Shown here one piece after another: positions 36,149-45,474 of a stretch of DNA of 64,000 nucleotides. Within the stretch, counting starts at the first letter, position 1, and every line of letters begins with the position of its first letter. The stretch lies in NCBI GenBank assembly GCA_947629645.1, contig CANREV010000005.1, positions 12,067-76,066 of the forward strand, given 5' to 3'. This DNA comes from an uncultured Acetatifactor sp. (GTDB lineage: Bacteria; Bacillota; Clostridia; Lachnospirales; Lachnospiraceae). The notes below the pieces were generated by a model, which was not told where the DNA came from, ran no database searches, and saw only the letters and a program-made list of their open reading frames with translations. The position numbers were made by a program, and so were the translations under genes.

Positions 36149-37168
36149 ATGCCAAAGGCTTCAGATAAAGACGGGCTTAAGGGAATACAGAAGGCGGCGA
36201 TCCTTTTGATCGCGCTGGGACCGGAGCGTTCCGCGGGAATCTTCAAACATCTGAAGGAGGATGAGATCGAGGAACTGACGCTTGAGATCGCAAACACCAG
36301 AAGCATCACTCCGCAGATGAAAGAGAACGTTATCAACGAGTTTTATGAGGTGTGTCTTGCACAGCAATACATTGCGGAGGGCGGTATTACATATGCCAAG
36401 GATCTGCTGGAGAAAGCGCTTGGCTCCGAGAAGGCTATGGATGTTATTGGTAAGCTGACCGCATCGCTTCAGGTAAAACCCTTCGAGTTTGTGCGTAAGG
36501 CGGATGCGTCCCAGCTGATCAACTTTATTCAGGACGAACATCCCCAGACGATCGCCCTTATTTTGTCCTACCTTCCGGCTGGTCAGGCCGCGCTTATCAT
36601 CTCAGCGCTTCCTCCTGACAGGCAGGCGGATGTGGCGAGGCGTATCGCGGTGATGGATCGTACCAGCCCCGATGTGATCAAGGAGGTTGAGAAGGTGTTG
36701 GAGTCCAAGCTGGCCAGCGTGGTAAATCAGGATTATACCATCATTGGCGGTGTCGATGCGGTGGTAGATATCCTCAATACCGTGGATCGTGGTACAGAGC
36801 GTCATATCATGGAGACTCTGGAGATCGAGGAGCCGGAACTGGCGGACGAGATCAGAAAGAAGATGTTCGTATTCGAGGATGTGCTTCTTTTGGACGACAG
36901 AGCCATCCAGCGCGTGCTGCGTGATGTGGACAATAATGATCTTGGCATTGCGTTGAAGGGGGCTAATGAGGAAGTGCAGAACGCAATCTTCAACAACCTG
37001 TCCAAACGTCTTGCCGTTATGATAAAGGAAGACATGGAATTCATGGGACCTGTCCGTATGAAGGATGTGGAAGAAGCGCAGCAGAAGATTGTAAATATTA
37101 TCCGTAAGCTGGAGGATTCCGGAGAGATCGTAATTTCCAGAGGCGGAGGTGACGAGATCGTTGTCTAG
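36149..37168 (+). CDS. fliG: Flagellar motor switch protein FliG
   Basis: QKAAILLIALG, EHPQTIALILSYL, GGVDAVVDILN, MFVFED, VEEAQQKIV. Confidence 0.97.
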   Translation: MPKASDKDGLKGIQKAAILLIALGPERSAGIFKHLKEDEIEELTLEIANTRSITPQMKENVINEFYEVCLAQQYIAEGGITYAKDLLEKALGSEKAMDVIGKLTASLQVKPFEFVRKADASQLINFIQDEHPQTIALILSYLPAGQAALIISALPPDRQADVARRIAVMDRTSPDVIKEVEKVLESKLASVVNQDYTIIGGVDAVVDILNTVDRGTERHIMETLEIEEPELADEIRKKMFVFEDVLLLDDRAIQRVLRDVDNNDLGIALKGANEEVQNAIFNNLSKRLAVMIKEDMEFMGPVRMKDVEEAQQKIVNIIRKLEDSGEIVISRGGGDEIVV

Positions 37169-38018
37169 GAATCTGGTAAAGCAAATATTCATCGCAGCGC
37201 CCGAGGAAGATAAACGTGTCATAGACTGCAATGAACGGATCGAAAAGCGCTTAAAGGAGCTTACGAAGGAAAATCAAAAGCCCGCGGACGGTTTTGTGGC
37301 GGGGTTAAATGCCGAGCAGATCGTGCTGCTTCCGGAAGGGGAAGAGGCACAGCCCCCGCAGGATTCCGCTTCTTTCTCCGCTCAGGCGCAGGAGGAAGCC
37401 AGACAGATCCTGGAGCAGGCGGCGATAGATGCCCAGGCGAGGATTGCGGACGCCCAGACGGAGGCGGAACAGATCCGCAGGAAAGCCCGTGAACAGGCGG
37501 AGGCGGAAAGCGCACAGCTAAAAGAGGACGCCAGGCGTCAGGGGTATGAGGAAGGAGCCGAAAAAGCACAGGAAGAAGCGGAGGCCCTCAGGCAGGAGTA
37601 CGCCAGAAAGCAGCAGCAGCTCGAGGCGCATTATCAGCAGCAGATCGATGAGCTGGAGCCTCAGTTTGTGGATGCGATAACAGATATTTATGAGCATATA
37701 TTGGGCGTTGACCTTGGAAATCAGCGCGAGATTTTAGCGCATCTGATCTCCAATACCATCCGGAAAATTGAGGGCGCGCACAGTTTTATCATTCATGTGT
37801 CCAAGGAGGATTACCCTTTCGTAAGCATGCAGAAAAAACAGCTTATGGCGGGGGCTGCCGCAGGCAACAGTACTGTCGAGGTAGTGGAAGATCTGACGAT
37901 GAAACAGAACGAATGCACGATTGAGACGGATGGCGGGATTTTTGACTGTGGTCTGGGTACCCAGCTGACGGAGCTGAAAAAAACGCTGATGCTGTTGGCT
38001 TATTCCAAGGAGGCATAG
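37161..38018 (+). CDS. fliH: Flagellar assembly protein FliH
   Basis: A/E/Q-rich coiled coil with GYEEG, C-terminal CTIETDGGIFD; TTG start overlapping the fliG end. Confidence 0.88.
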   Translation: MSRNLVKQIFIAAPEEDKRVIDCNERIEKRLKELTKENQKPADGFVAGLNAEQIVLLPEGEEAQPPQDSASFSAQAQEEARQILEQAAIDAQARIADAQTEAEQIRRKAREQAEAESAQLKEDARRQGYEEGAEKAQEEAEALRQEYARKQQQLEAHYQQQIDELEPQFVDAITDIYEHILGVDLGNQREILAHLISNTIRKIEGAHSFIIHVSKEDYPFVSMQKKQLMAGAAAGNSTVEVVEDLTMKQNECTIETDGGIFDCGLGTQLTELKKTLMLLAYSKEA

Positions 38019-38027
38019 ACCGGAGGT

Positions 38028-39353
38028 ATGGGTTCTGTCGATTTCCTTAAATATAGAAAAATAACGGAACAAACTTTTTTCCGCAAGCTTGGCAAGGTGG
38101 TGAATGTGGTCGGCCTTACCATCGAATCCGCAGGACCGGACGCCAAGCTGGGCGATGTCTGCCGGATCACTTCGGGAAGCGATGGCGGGCACGAACCGAT
38201 CATGGCGGAAGTAGTCGGGTTTAAAGCGGGCAAGACTCTGCTGCAGCCCTATGATACCGCGGAGGGCATTGGCGCCGGGAGTATTGTGGAAAACACGGGG
38301 AATCCGCTTCGCGTGGCAGTGAGCCGGGAGCTTTTGGGAAAGACGCTGGACGGACTGGGCCGGCCGTTGGACGGCACAGCGGTGGAGGGTACTCCGTACC
38401 CTGTGGAATCTCTGGCGCCGGATCCCATGACGAGAAAGATCATTGATGAAGTGCTGCCTTTAGGCGTAAAGGCTGTGGACGGCCTGCTCACCGTGGGCAA
38501 GGGGCAGCGTATCGGTATTTTTGCCGGATCAGGAGTGGGAAAATCTACCCTGATGGGTATGTTTGCGCGCAATACGAAGGCTGATATTAACGTGATAGCG
38601 CTGATCGGGGAGCGCGGGCGTGAGGTGCGGGAGTTTATCGAGCGCGACCTGGGCGAGGAAGGCATGAAACGCTCTGTGGTGGTGGTAGCTACCTCGGATA
38701 AGCCGGCGCTGGAGCGCAATAAGGCGGCAAAAACCGCCACGGCGATCGCGGAATATTTCAGGGATCAGGGAGAAGATGTGCTGTTGATGATGGACTCTCT
38801 GACCCGTTTTTCCATGGCCCAGAGAGAGATTGGGCTGGCCAGCGGAGAGCCGCCGGTGAGCCGGGGATATCCCCCCAGCGTTTACTCTGAAATGCCAAAG
38901 CTGCTGGAGCGGGCGGGAAGATCTGCCAAGGGCTCCATCACGGGGCTTTACACAGTTCTTGTAGATGGCGATGATTTTAACGAACCCATCACGGATACGG
39001 CTCGAAGTATTCTGGACGGCCATATTATGTTGGACAGAAAGCTGGGCCATAAGAATCATTATCCCGCGATAGACGTGCTGCAGAGCATCTCCAGATGTAT
39101 GAGCCAGATCATTGACAGGGATCACAAAAAGCAGGCCGGAAAGTTAAAGTCCGTGCTTGCGACCTATAATGAGGCGGAGGATCTGATCAATATAGGCGCT
39201 TATAAGCAGGGAAGCAATCCTGCCATTGATTATGCCATCAGCAAGATCGATGCGGTCAATCAGTTTTTGTGTCAGGAAGTAGATGAAAAGTTTGATTTTG
39301 AAACCAGCGTCAGGATGTTAAAACAGCTTTTTGAAGAACAGGGTAACGGGTAA
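38028..39353 (+). CDS. fliI: Flagellar export ATPase FliI
   Basis: GQRIGIFAGSGVGKST, ALIGERGREV, MDSLTRF, GSITGLYTVLVDGDD. Confidence 0.97.
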   Translation: MGSVDFLKYRKITEQTFFRKLGKVVNVVGLTIESAGPDAKLGDVCRITSGSDGGHEPIMAEVVGFKAGKTLLQPYDTAEGIGAGSIVENTGNPLRVAVSRELLGKTLDGLGRPLDGTAVEGTPYPVESLAPDPMTRKIIDEVLPLGVKAVDGLLTVGKGQRIGIFAGSGVGKSTLMGMFARNTKADINVIALIGERGREVREFIERDLGEEGMKRSVVVVATSDKPALERNKAAKTATAIAEYFRDQGEDVLLMMDSLTRFSMAQREIGLASGEPPVSRGYPPSVYSEMPKLLERAGRSAKGSITGLYTVLVDGDDFNEPITDTARSILDGHIMLDRKLGHKNHYPAIDVLQSISRCMSQIIDRDHKKQAGKLKSVLATYNEAEDLINIGAYKQGSNPAIDYAISKIDAVNQFLCQEVDEKFDFETSVRMLKQLFEEQGNG

Positions 39354-39808
39354 TGGCTAAATTTCGGTATTCCATGCAGAGCATTCTGGATATCAAAGTA
39401 AAGATGGAAACGCAGGCAAAGCAGGAGTTTTCGGCTGCGAGGGCGGCTCTTGACGAGGAGGAAGAGAAGCTTAAAATTCTCAACGACCGGAAGAAATGGT
39501 ACGAGGAAGAGTCCGCAAGGCTGCGGTCGGGGACTCTGAATGTGCGGGAGATGGAGACAAACCAGACGGCGATTGTCTGTATGGACAATTTTATTGCGGA
39601 TCAGTCGATGTGCGTGCACCGGGCAGAGCAGGCCTTAGAGCAGGCAAGGGTGAAACTGACCAATGTCATGGTGGAGCGAAAAACACAGGAGAACCTGAGG
39701 GACAAAGCGTTTGCGGAATTCCTGCGGGAGGAGAACAGGCGCGAGGGCAAGGAGATCGATGAGCTGACAAGTTATACCTATGGGCAGAGGCAGAACGCCC
39801 CGGCATGA
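39353..39808 (+). CDS. fliJ: Flagellar export protein FliJ
   Basis: KFRYSMQSILD start, coiled coil, E..EIDEL end; TAATG overlap with fliI. Confidence 0.9.
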   Translation: MAKFRYSMQSILDIKVKMETQAKQEFSAARAALDEEEEKLKILNDRKKWYEEESARLRSGTLNVREMETNQTAIVCMDNFIADQSMCVHRAEQALEQARVKLTNVMVERKTQENLRDKAFAEFLREENRREGKEIDELTSYTYGQRQNAPA

Positions 39809-39843
39809 TCTGTATACTGATACTTTAAAAAGTGAGGAAAAGT

Positions 39844-40719
39844 ATGGCGAAGGAATTAACTCCGGAAGCTGCAGCGGCAGAAGCGGAGAAAAAGAAGTTA
39901 AAAGAAGAGAAAAAACAGCTGAAAAAGGAAGAGAAGGACCGCAAAAAGGAGACGAAGAAGCGCGCTAAGGAAATTTCCAGGCAGGAGGACGAGCTTGCGG
40001 AGGACGAGGGCGGCAATGGATTAGTCACCTTTTTTGCCACCGTGCTCATTGTCGCTTTGTGGCTTGCGGTGGTCTGCGTTGTGGTGAAGCTGGATATCGG
40101 CGGTTTTGGCAGTTCCGTGCTGGCGCCTATTTTGAAGGATGTGCCCGTAGTCAATAAAATCCTGCCGTCCAGCGTCCAGACGGAGACATCGGATCCTGAG
40201 AGCTTTGGCGGATACTCCAATCTGCAGGAGGCTGTAGACTATATCAAACAGCTGGAGCTGGAGCTGGAGCAGGCGCAGAACGCTTCCGCCCAGAAAGACA
40301 TCGATCTGGAGAATCTCAAGGCGGAGGTTGTGCGTCTTCAGGAGTTTGAAAAGCGTCAGACGGAATTTGAGAGAATTCAGAATGAGTTTTATAAAGAAGT
40401 AGTTTATGCTGAAAACGGGCCAGGCGCGGAGGAGTACCGAAAATGGTATGAGGAGATGGATCCGACCACCGCGGAGTACCTCTATAAACAGGTCATTATG
40501 CAGCTGCAGGAGAGCCAGGAGATTCAGGACTACGCCCAGACTTACTCTGATATGAAGCCGAAGCAGGCGGCGGGGATTTTTGAGAAGATGACCAACAATC
40601 TGGATCTGGCGGCAAAGATCTTAAACGCCATGAGCCCGGATGACCGGGGAGCCATCATGGGCGTCATGGATGCGGAAGTGGCCGCAAAACTGACCAAGAT
40701 CATGGATCCCGACTCTTAA
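39844..40719 (+). CDS. YlxF/MotE-like flagellar protein (TM, coiled coil, MgtE_N-like C-terminus)
   Basis: Lys/Glu-rich N-terminus, TM helix, YSDMKPKQAAGIF...ILNAM..DDRGAIM; located between fliJ and fliK. Confidence 0.75.
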   Translation: MAKELTPEAAAAEAEKKKLKEEKKQLKKEEKDRKKETKKRAKEISRQEDELAEDEGGNGLVTFFATVLIVALWLAVVCVVVKLDIGGFGSSVLAPILKDVPVVNKILPSSVQTETSDPESFGGYSNLQEAVDYIKQLELELEQAQNASAQKDIDLENLKAEVVRLQEFEKRQTEFERIQNEFYKEVVYAENGPGAEEYRKWYEEMDPTTAEYLYKQVIMQLQESQEIQDYAQTYSDMKPKQAAGIFEKMTNNLDLAAKILNAMSPDDRGAIMGVMDAEVAAKLTKIMDPDS

Positions 40720-40743
40720 GGAGAATGCCCCAAAAGCCGATAT
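40717..40743 (+). promoter_or_regulatory. sigma-28 (SigD/FliA) promoter upstream of fliK
   Basis: TAAG-N15-GCCGATAT versus consensus TAAA-N15-GCCGATA(A/T). Confidence 0.8.
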
Positions 40744-40815
40744 ATATGGTATGAATACCCATTTGGGTATTTATATATAATCTGTACTTTGAAAATTTAA
40801 GAAAGGAGGAGAAAC

Positions 40816-42210
40816 ATGACAAGTACACCTGTTAAGGATGTAAGTCCTATCCTTACAAACCTGACAACGAAAGCATCGAACAAAAGCGGCGGCGTTGGAC
40901 AGAGCGGATTTCAGGCTGTGCTCAACGATCAGACCAGACAGAACGCGCAGGACCAGGTTGAAACGGGGAAAAGTTCTCTGGAGAAAAAGCCTGTGGAGCA
41001 GTCGGCGCAAAAGCCCCAGACTAAACCCGGCGAATCTCTGAAGGCGAAAGAGCCACAGACAGTGCAGGCTAAAGAAGAGGATTCCATGCCTAAAGAGTCA
41101 GTGGAAGAGCTCTCGCCCGAAGAACTGGAAGCGGCCATGGAAATTTTGGGAACCGCGGCTGCGGATCTGATACAGCAGGTTGCGGATCTGCTGGAAATCC
41201 CGGCGGAGCAAGTGCAGTCTTTGATGGAGGATCTGGGTATGGAAACGCTGGACGTCCTGGATCCGGCAAAGCTTACCGAATTGTTTGTGCAGGCAGTCGG
41301 AGCGCAGGATTCCTGTGAGCTGGTCACGGATGAAACGATGTACGGCGATTACCGGAAACTGATGGCACAGCTGGAAACCGTACTGGAAGTAAGCGCCGAC
41401 AAACTTCAGGCGGACCCCGAACAGCTAAAGATGCTGACAGGCATGCTCAAGGAACAGCCCGCAGTGGAGAGCCAGCCCGCGCCGAAGGAGGTCTTCAGGC
41501 AGGAGGAGGTTATCCCCAAAAGAGAGCAGGATGTTCCAACGCAGGCGCAGAAACCTGAGGAACAGATCGTGGAAACCGTCAGAAAGCCTCAGCCCCAGAG
41601 TGAGGGAAACAGCTCCAAAGAGCAGGATTCCGGTAAGGAGCAGACAACAAAGGAAGAACCCAGGAATATCTTTATCCAGAATTTGAGCAGGGAAGTTTCC
41701 CAGCCGGCCGCGGATAAGCTGGCGGAGCCGATGATGGCGGCAGCGGACAGAGCGGACACTGAAAACATTATGCGGCAGATCATGGATTACATGAAGATCC
41801 AGCTGAAAGCGGATACCACCAATCTGGAGATGCAGCTTCATCCTGCAAGTCTGGGAACGGTGCAGGTCCAGATCGCTTCCAGGGCGGGAGTGGTGACGGC
41901 TAATTTTATCGCCCAGAATGAGACGGTAAAGGCGGCGTTGGAGAGCCAGATGGTTCAGCTGATCGAGCGCTTTGACGAGCAGGGTGTTAAGGTGGAAGCC
42001 ATTGAAGTGACCGTCCAGACCCATGAATTTGAGAGAAATCTTGAACAGGGAAGAGGCGGGGAACAGCAAAACGGCGAACCGGACAAAAAGTCGAGAACCA
42101 GAAGAATCAATTTACATGATGTGGTTTCCATGGAAGATATGGAAGAAGAGGATGCTCTGGCGGCGGACATCATGGCAGCCAACGGCAATACCGTGGATTA
42201 TACCGCGTAG
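40816..42210 (+). CDS. fliK: Flagellar hook-length control protein FliK
   Basis: Long low-complexity N-terminal region, then MQLHPASLGTVQVQI...LESQMVQL..F.EQGV. Confidence 0.9.
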   Translation: MTSTPVKDVSPILTNLTTKASNKSGGVGQSGFQAVLNDQTRQNAQDQVETGKSSLEKKPVEQSAQKPQTKPGESLKAKEPQTVQAKEEDSMPKESVEELSPEELEAAMEILGTAAADLIQQVADLLEIPAEQVQSLMEDLGMETLDVLDPAKLTELFVQAVGAQDSCELVTDETMYGDYRKLMAQLETVLEVSADKLQADPEQLKMLTGMLKEQPAVESQPAPKEVFRQEEVIPKREQDVPTQAQKPEEQIVETVRKPQPQSEGNSSKEQDSGKEQTTKEEPRNIFIQNLSREVSQPAADKLAEPMMAAADRADTENIMRQIMDYMKIQLKADTTNLEMQLHPASLGTVQVQIASRAGVVTANFIAQNETVKAALESQMVQLIERFDEQGVKVEAIEVTVQTHEFERNLEQGRGGEQQNGEPDKKSRTRRINLHDVVSMEDMEEEDALAADIMAANGNTVDYTA

Positions 42211-42320
42211 GCATCATCAAAATCTGTGGGCGAAAAGCCTGACACATCCGTGGGAACAGAAAACGCAGAAAAAACTGCAGATTGAAAAAAGAAAGACGGT
42301 AAAGGAAAGGAGGAAAACAG

Positions 42321-43127
42321 ATGGCATCAAATTTAGTTGCGCCAGTGGAAGATGGCAAGATCGTTGAGACGGAATCCCAGAGTTCCTTAAAGAAAGCGCA
42401 GAGTTCCAATAACGGGATGGATAAGGATGCTTTTCTGCAGCTTCTTGTGGCGCAGATGAGGTATCAGGATCCCCTGGAGCCCACCTCCAACACGGAGTAT
42501 ATCGCCCAGTACGCACAGTTTTCACAGGTGGAACAGATGCAGAATCTGGCGGCTACTTCGGAACTGGCAAGGGCTACGCAGCTGGTAGGACAGGAGGTAT
42601 ACATCAAGACAACGGATTCCACCGGCAATATGAAGTATGTCACAGGCAAGGTGGATTATGTGGTCTTTGAGAACAACAAGGCTTATCTTGCCATCAACGA
42701 ATCGCTGTATTCGCTGGAAGATCTGGATACCGTGGCGGACGCTGCATATCTGGACGCATACAATAAGGCGCTGAAGTTCAGCATCGATATGAACAAGCTG
42801 CCGGCTGTGGGCGGCGTTGATATGACAGACGCAGACGCGATCGACAAGCTGGAAGAGACTTACAACGGCATGAGCGATTACGAGAGGAGTTTCCTGGCTG
42901 AAGAGACTGTGGATAAGCTGCAGAAATACATTGAGAGGCTCAAACAGGTCCGTGCCGCCGCCGAGGAAGCGGAAAAAGGAACCGGAGACGGCGAGAGCAC
43001 GGAAGGCGCGGGAGACGTTGAGGGCTCGGAGGACGTTGAGGGCTCGGAAGGCACCGATCCGGAGAGCGGAAAGGATAACAATAAAGGCGCTGAGGGCGCG
43101 GAAAAAGGAACAGAAACAACGGATTAA
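42321..43127 (+). CDS. flgD: Flagellar hook capping protein FlgD with a C-terminal extension
   Basis: MDKDAFLQLLVAQMRYQDPLEP, AQFSQVEQMQNL, LVGQEV. Confidence 0.93.
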   Translation: MASNLVAPVEDGKIVETESQSSLKKAQSSNNGMDKDAFLQLLVAQMRYQDPLEPTSNTEYIAQYAQFSQVEQMQNLAATSELARATQLVGQEVYIKTTDSTGNMKYVTGKVDYVVFENNKAYLAINESLYSLEDLDTVADAAYLDAYNKALKFSIDMNKLPAVGGVDMTDADAIDKLEETYNGMSDYERSFLAEETVDKLQKYIERLKQVRAAAEEAEKGTGDGESTEGAGDVEGSEDVEGSEGTDPESGKDNNKGAEGAEKGTETTD

Positions 43128-43150
43128 ATTGGACGGGAGCGAGGAGAGAG

Positions 43151-43552
43151 ATGCAGATTAAGAATAACGGATATCTTTCCATTGAGCAGCTGACTGACCA
43201 GTACTTAAGCGGTGCGCAGAAGTCAGAGAACACCCGTGTGACCAGGGAGGGTCTTTCCTTTCAGGACGTTTTGCAGCAAAAGACGCTGCAGGAGGCAGGC
43301 AGCCTTAAATTTTCCAAGCACGCCTTGGGAAGATTGACGGACCGCAGGATCGAGCTGAGTCCGAATCAGCTGGAAAGGCTGAATGAGGGAGCGCAGAGAG
43401 CGGGACAGAAAGGGATCAAAGATTCCCTTGTGATCGTGGATGAATTGGCGTTTATTGTCAATGTACCCAATCAGACAGTTGTGACTGCAATGGACAGCAC
43501 AGAAACAAATAACAATGTATTCACCAATATTAATGGGGCAGTTATCATGTAA
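43151..43552 (+). CDS. Uncharacterised flagellar operon protein (TIGR02530-like)
   Basis: LKFSKHALGRL..R.I, DSLVIV, FIVNV.NQTVVTAMD, VFTNINGAVI; sits between flgD and flgE, as recalled for this family. Confidence 0.85.
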   Translation: MQIKNNGYLSIEQLTDQYLSGAQKSENTRVTREGLSFQDVLQQKTLQEAGSLKFSKHALGRLTDRRIELSPNQLERLNEGAQRAGQKGIKDSLVIVDELAFIVNVPNQTVVTAMDSTETNNNVFTNINGAVIM

Positions 43553-43618
43553 CCGGACCTTACAGGAGGTTACGTCTCCCGAACGACTGACGGAGACGGC
43601 TGTTCCCGGACAGGAGGA
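43553..43618 (+). ncRNA. Candidate structured cis-RNA (three-way junction) in the flgE leader
   Basis: Hairpins ACCT-tacagg-AGGT and CGTCTCC-cgaacgactgac-GGAGACG enclosed by CCGG/CCGG, closing just before the AGGAGG RBS. Confidence 0.5.
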
Positions 43619-43627
43619 ACAAGCACT

Positions 43628-45397
43628 ATGATGAGATCACTTTTTTCTGGTGTGGCAGGTCTTAAAACGCACCAGACCAAGATGGATGTTATCGGTAACA
43701 ATATCGCAAACGTAAACACTGTAGCGTTTAAAAGCAGTTCCATCACTTTCAATGATCTGATGAGCCAGACGACCCAGAAGGCCAGCGGGCCTAACGCGGC
43801 TACCGGCACCGGCGGCGTCAATGCGCGCCAGATCGGTCTTGGCGTAAAGTCCGCGGCGATCAACATCAATATCACGGGACAGGGTTCCGCACAGTCTACC
43901 GGAAATCCTTTTGATATCATGATCAATGGCGAGAACTTCTTCGTTGTCAGCGATGGCAGCCAGAATTTCTTTACCAGGGACGGTTCTTTCTATGTGGACG
44001 CGGCGGGAAACCTCGCCATGACCAGCAACGGTTATAACGTGATGGGCTGGCAGGTGGATCCGGCCACTATGGATATCAGGAAGGATACCGTATCCGCCCT
44101 GCGTATCATGAGCGCGGCTAACATGACCTATCCGCCCGAGGCCACCAGCCAGGCCAATATGTCCGGTATTCTGGATAAGACGGATAAGGATTCCACCAGC
44201 GCCAACGGCAAGGTGGTAAACCTGAACTTCTTCGATGCGCTGGGATATGAGTACACCGCAAAGTTTACCTTTAAAAAGTCTGATAAGACTGCGGAGGGCG
44301 AGGATTCCTACAGTCTGGAGCTGACCAAGATCCTGGACGCAAACGGCGAGGAAGTGTCAATGGAAGGGGATATCTCATCGCTGTTCGGCGATGACGGCAG
44401 GGTACAGGCAAAGGCGCAGAAGATTACCTTCGACTCCACCAATTATAAGTGGAACGGCACCACCTTAAAGAAAAAGGGAGACAATTCCGACATTGTAGAC
44501 ATAAAGGAGCTCTTTGACGGAGGCGCCATAAAGAAGCCTCGTACGACCAATGTTACGGTAAACGGGTCTGCCACAGCCACCGTGCAGGACGGCTTGGACG
44601 CCATTGCCAAGGCTTACGGCTTCGAGGGATCCACAGACGAGTTTCTGAATATGTTCTGTGATGTGACCGATGCGGATGGCAAGGTGACAGATACAATCAC
44701 GATTGAGGAGATGATGGCGAACCTGGCGGGAGGGGTGGCTGATAATGCGCTGCCTACCTTTGCAGATGCGGGTGCGGACGCTGACACTTCGTTTATGTCT
44801 TCCGGCCGCAATTTCACCGGCGTCACTGTTACCTTTAACTCTGACAACGGCGAATTTCTGGGCATCAACGGACAGTCTACGGTGTCGAACCAGACGCTGA
44901 ACCTGTCCCAGCTGGGCGGAAATTTCTCCGACATCAATATCGATTTCTCCCAGATCACGGAATATTACAACATGGGTACTTCCACCATCGGCGCGGACAA
45001 GGGAGATCTGGATGGACTGGGCACGGGACGTAAGCTGGGCGACATGATCGGCGTGTCCGTACAGCAGAACGGTATGATCTACGCAAGCTACGATAACGGC
45101 ATGACCAAGCTTCTGGGTCAGATCGCCACCGCAAGCTTCGCCAACGCTTCCGGTCTGGAGAAGCAGGGCGACAATCTGTATTCCGCAACGCTCAACTCCG
45201 GAGAGTTCGATGGCATCGGCGTGGATATCACCGCGGGAGGCGGTTATATGTCTACCGGCCAGCTGGAGATGAGCAACGTGGATCTGTCCACCGAGTTTAC
45301 GGAGATGATCACCACCCAGAGAGGATTCCAGGCAAACAGCCGTATCATCACGGTTTCCGATACTTTGCTGGAGGAACTTACCAACCTGAAGAGATGA
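43628..45397 (+). CDS. flgE: Flagellar hook protein FlgE (long form)
   Basis: MMRSLFSGVAGL...MDVIGNNIANVNT, FTRDGSF, LEMSNVDLSTEFTEMI.TQRGFQANSR. Confidence 0.95.
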   Translation: MMRSLFSGVAGLKTHQTKMDVIGNNIANVNTVAFKSSSITFNDLMSQTTQKASGPNAATGTGGVNARQIGLGVKSAAININITGQGSAQSTGNPFDIMINGENFFVVSDGSQNFFTRDGSFYVDAAGNLAMTSNGYNVMGWQVDPATMDIRKDTVSALRIMSAANMTYPPEATSQANMSGILDKTDKDSTSANGKVVNLNFFDALGYEYTAKFTFKKSDKTAEGEDSYSLELTKILDANGEEVSMEGDISSLFGDDGRVQAKAQKITFDSTNYKWNGTTLKKKGDNSDIVDIKELFDGGAIKKPRTTNVTVNGSATATVQDGLDAIAKAYGFEGSTDEFLNMFCDVTDADGKVTDTITIEEMMANLAGGVADNALPTFADAGADADTSFMSSGRNFTGVTVTFNSDNGEFLGINGQSTVSNQTLNLSQLGGNFSDINIDFSQITEYYNMGTSTIGADKGDLDGLGTGRKLGDMIGVSVQQNGMIYASYDNGMTKLLGQIATASFANASGLEKQGDNLYSATLNSGEFDGIGVDITAGGGYMSTGQLEMSNVDLSTEFTEMITTQRGFQANSRIITVSDTLLEELTNLKR

Positions 45398-45465
45398 CGC
45401 ATGCTTTTCGGCAATATGTTTTTTCAAACTTTTTTACATTTTTACTCGCATTGTGCAGGAATGTG

Positions 45466-45474
45466 TGTTATACT
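45466..45474 (+). promoter_or_regulatory. Extended -10 element (TGtTATACT), possible internal promoter for flbD-motAB onward
   Basis: TG-n-TATACT directly 5' of a terminator hairpin. Confidence 0.4.
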
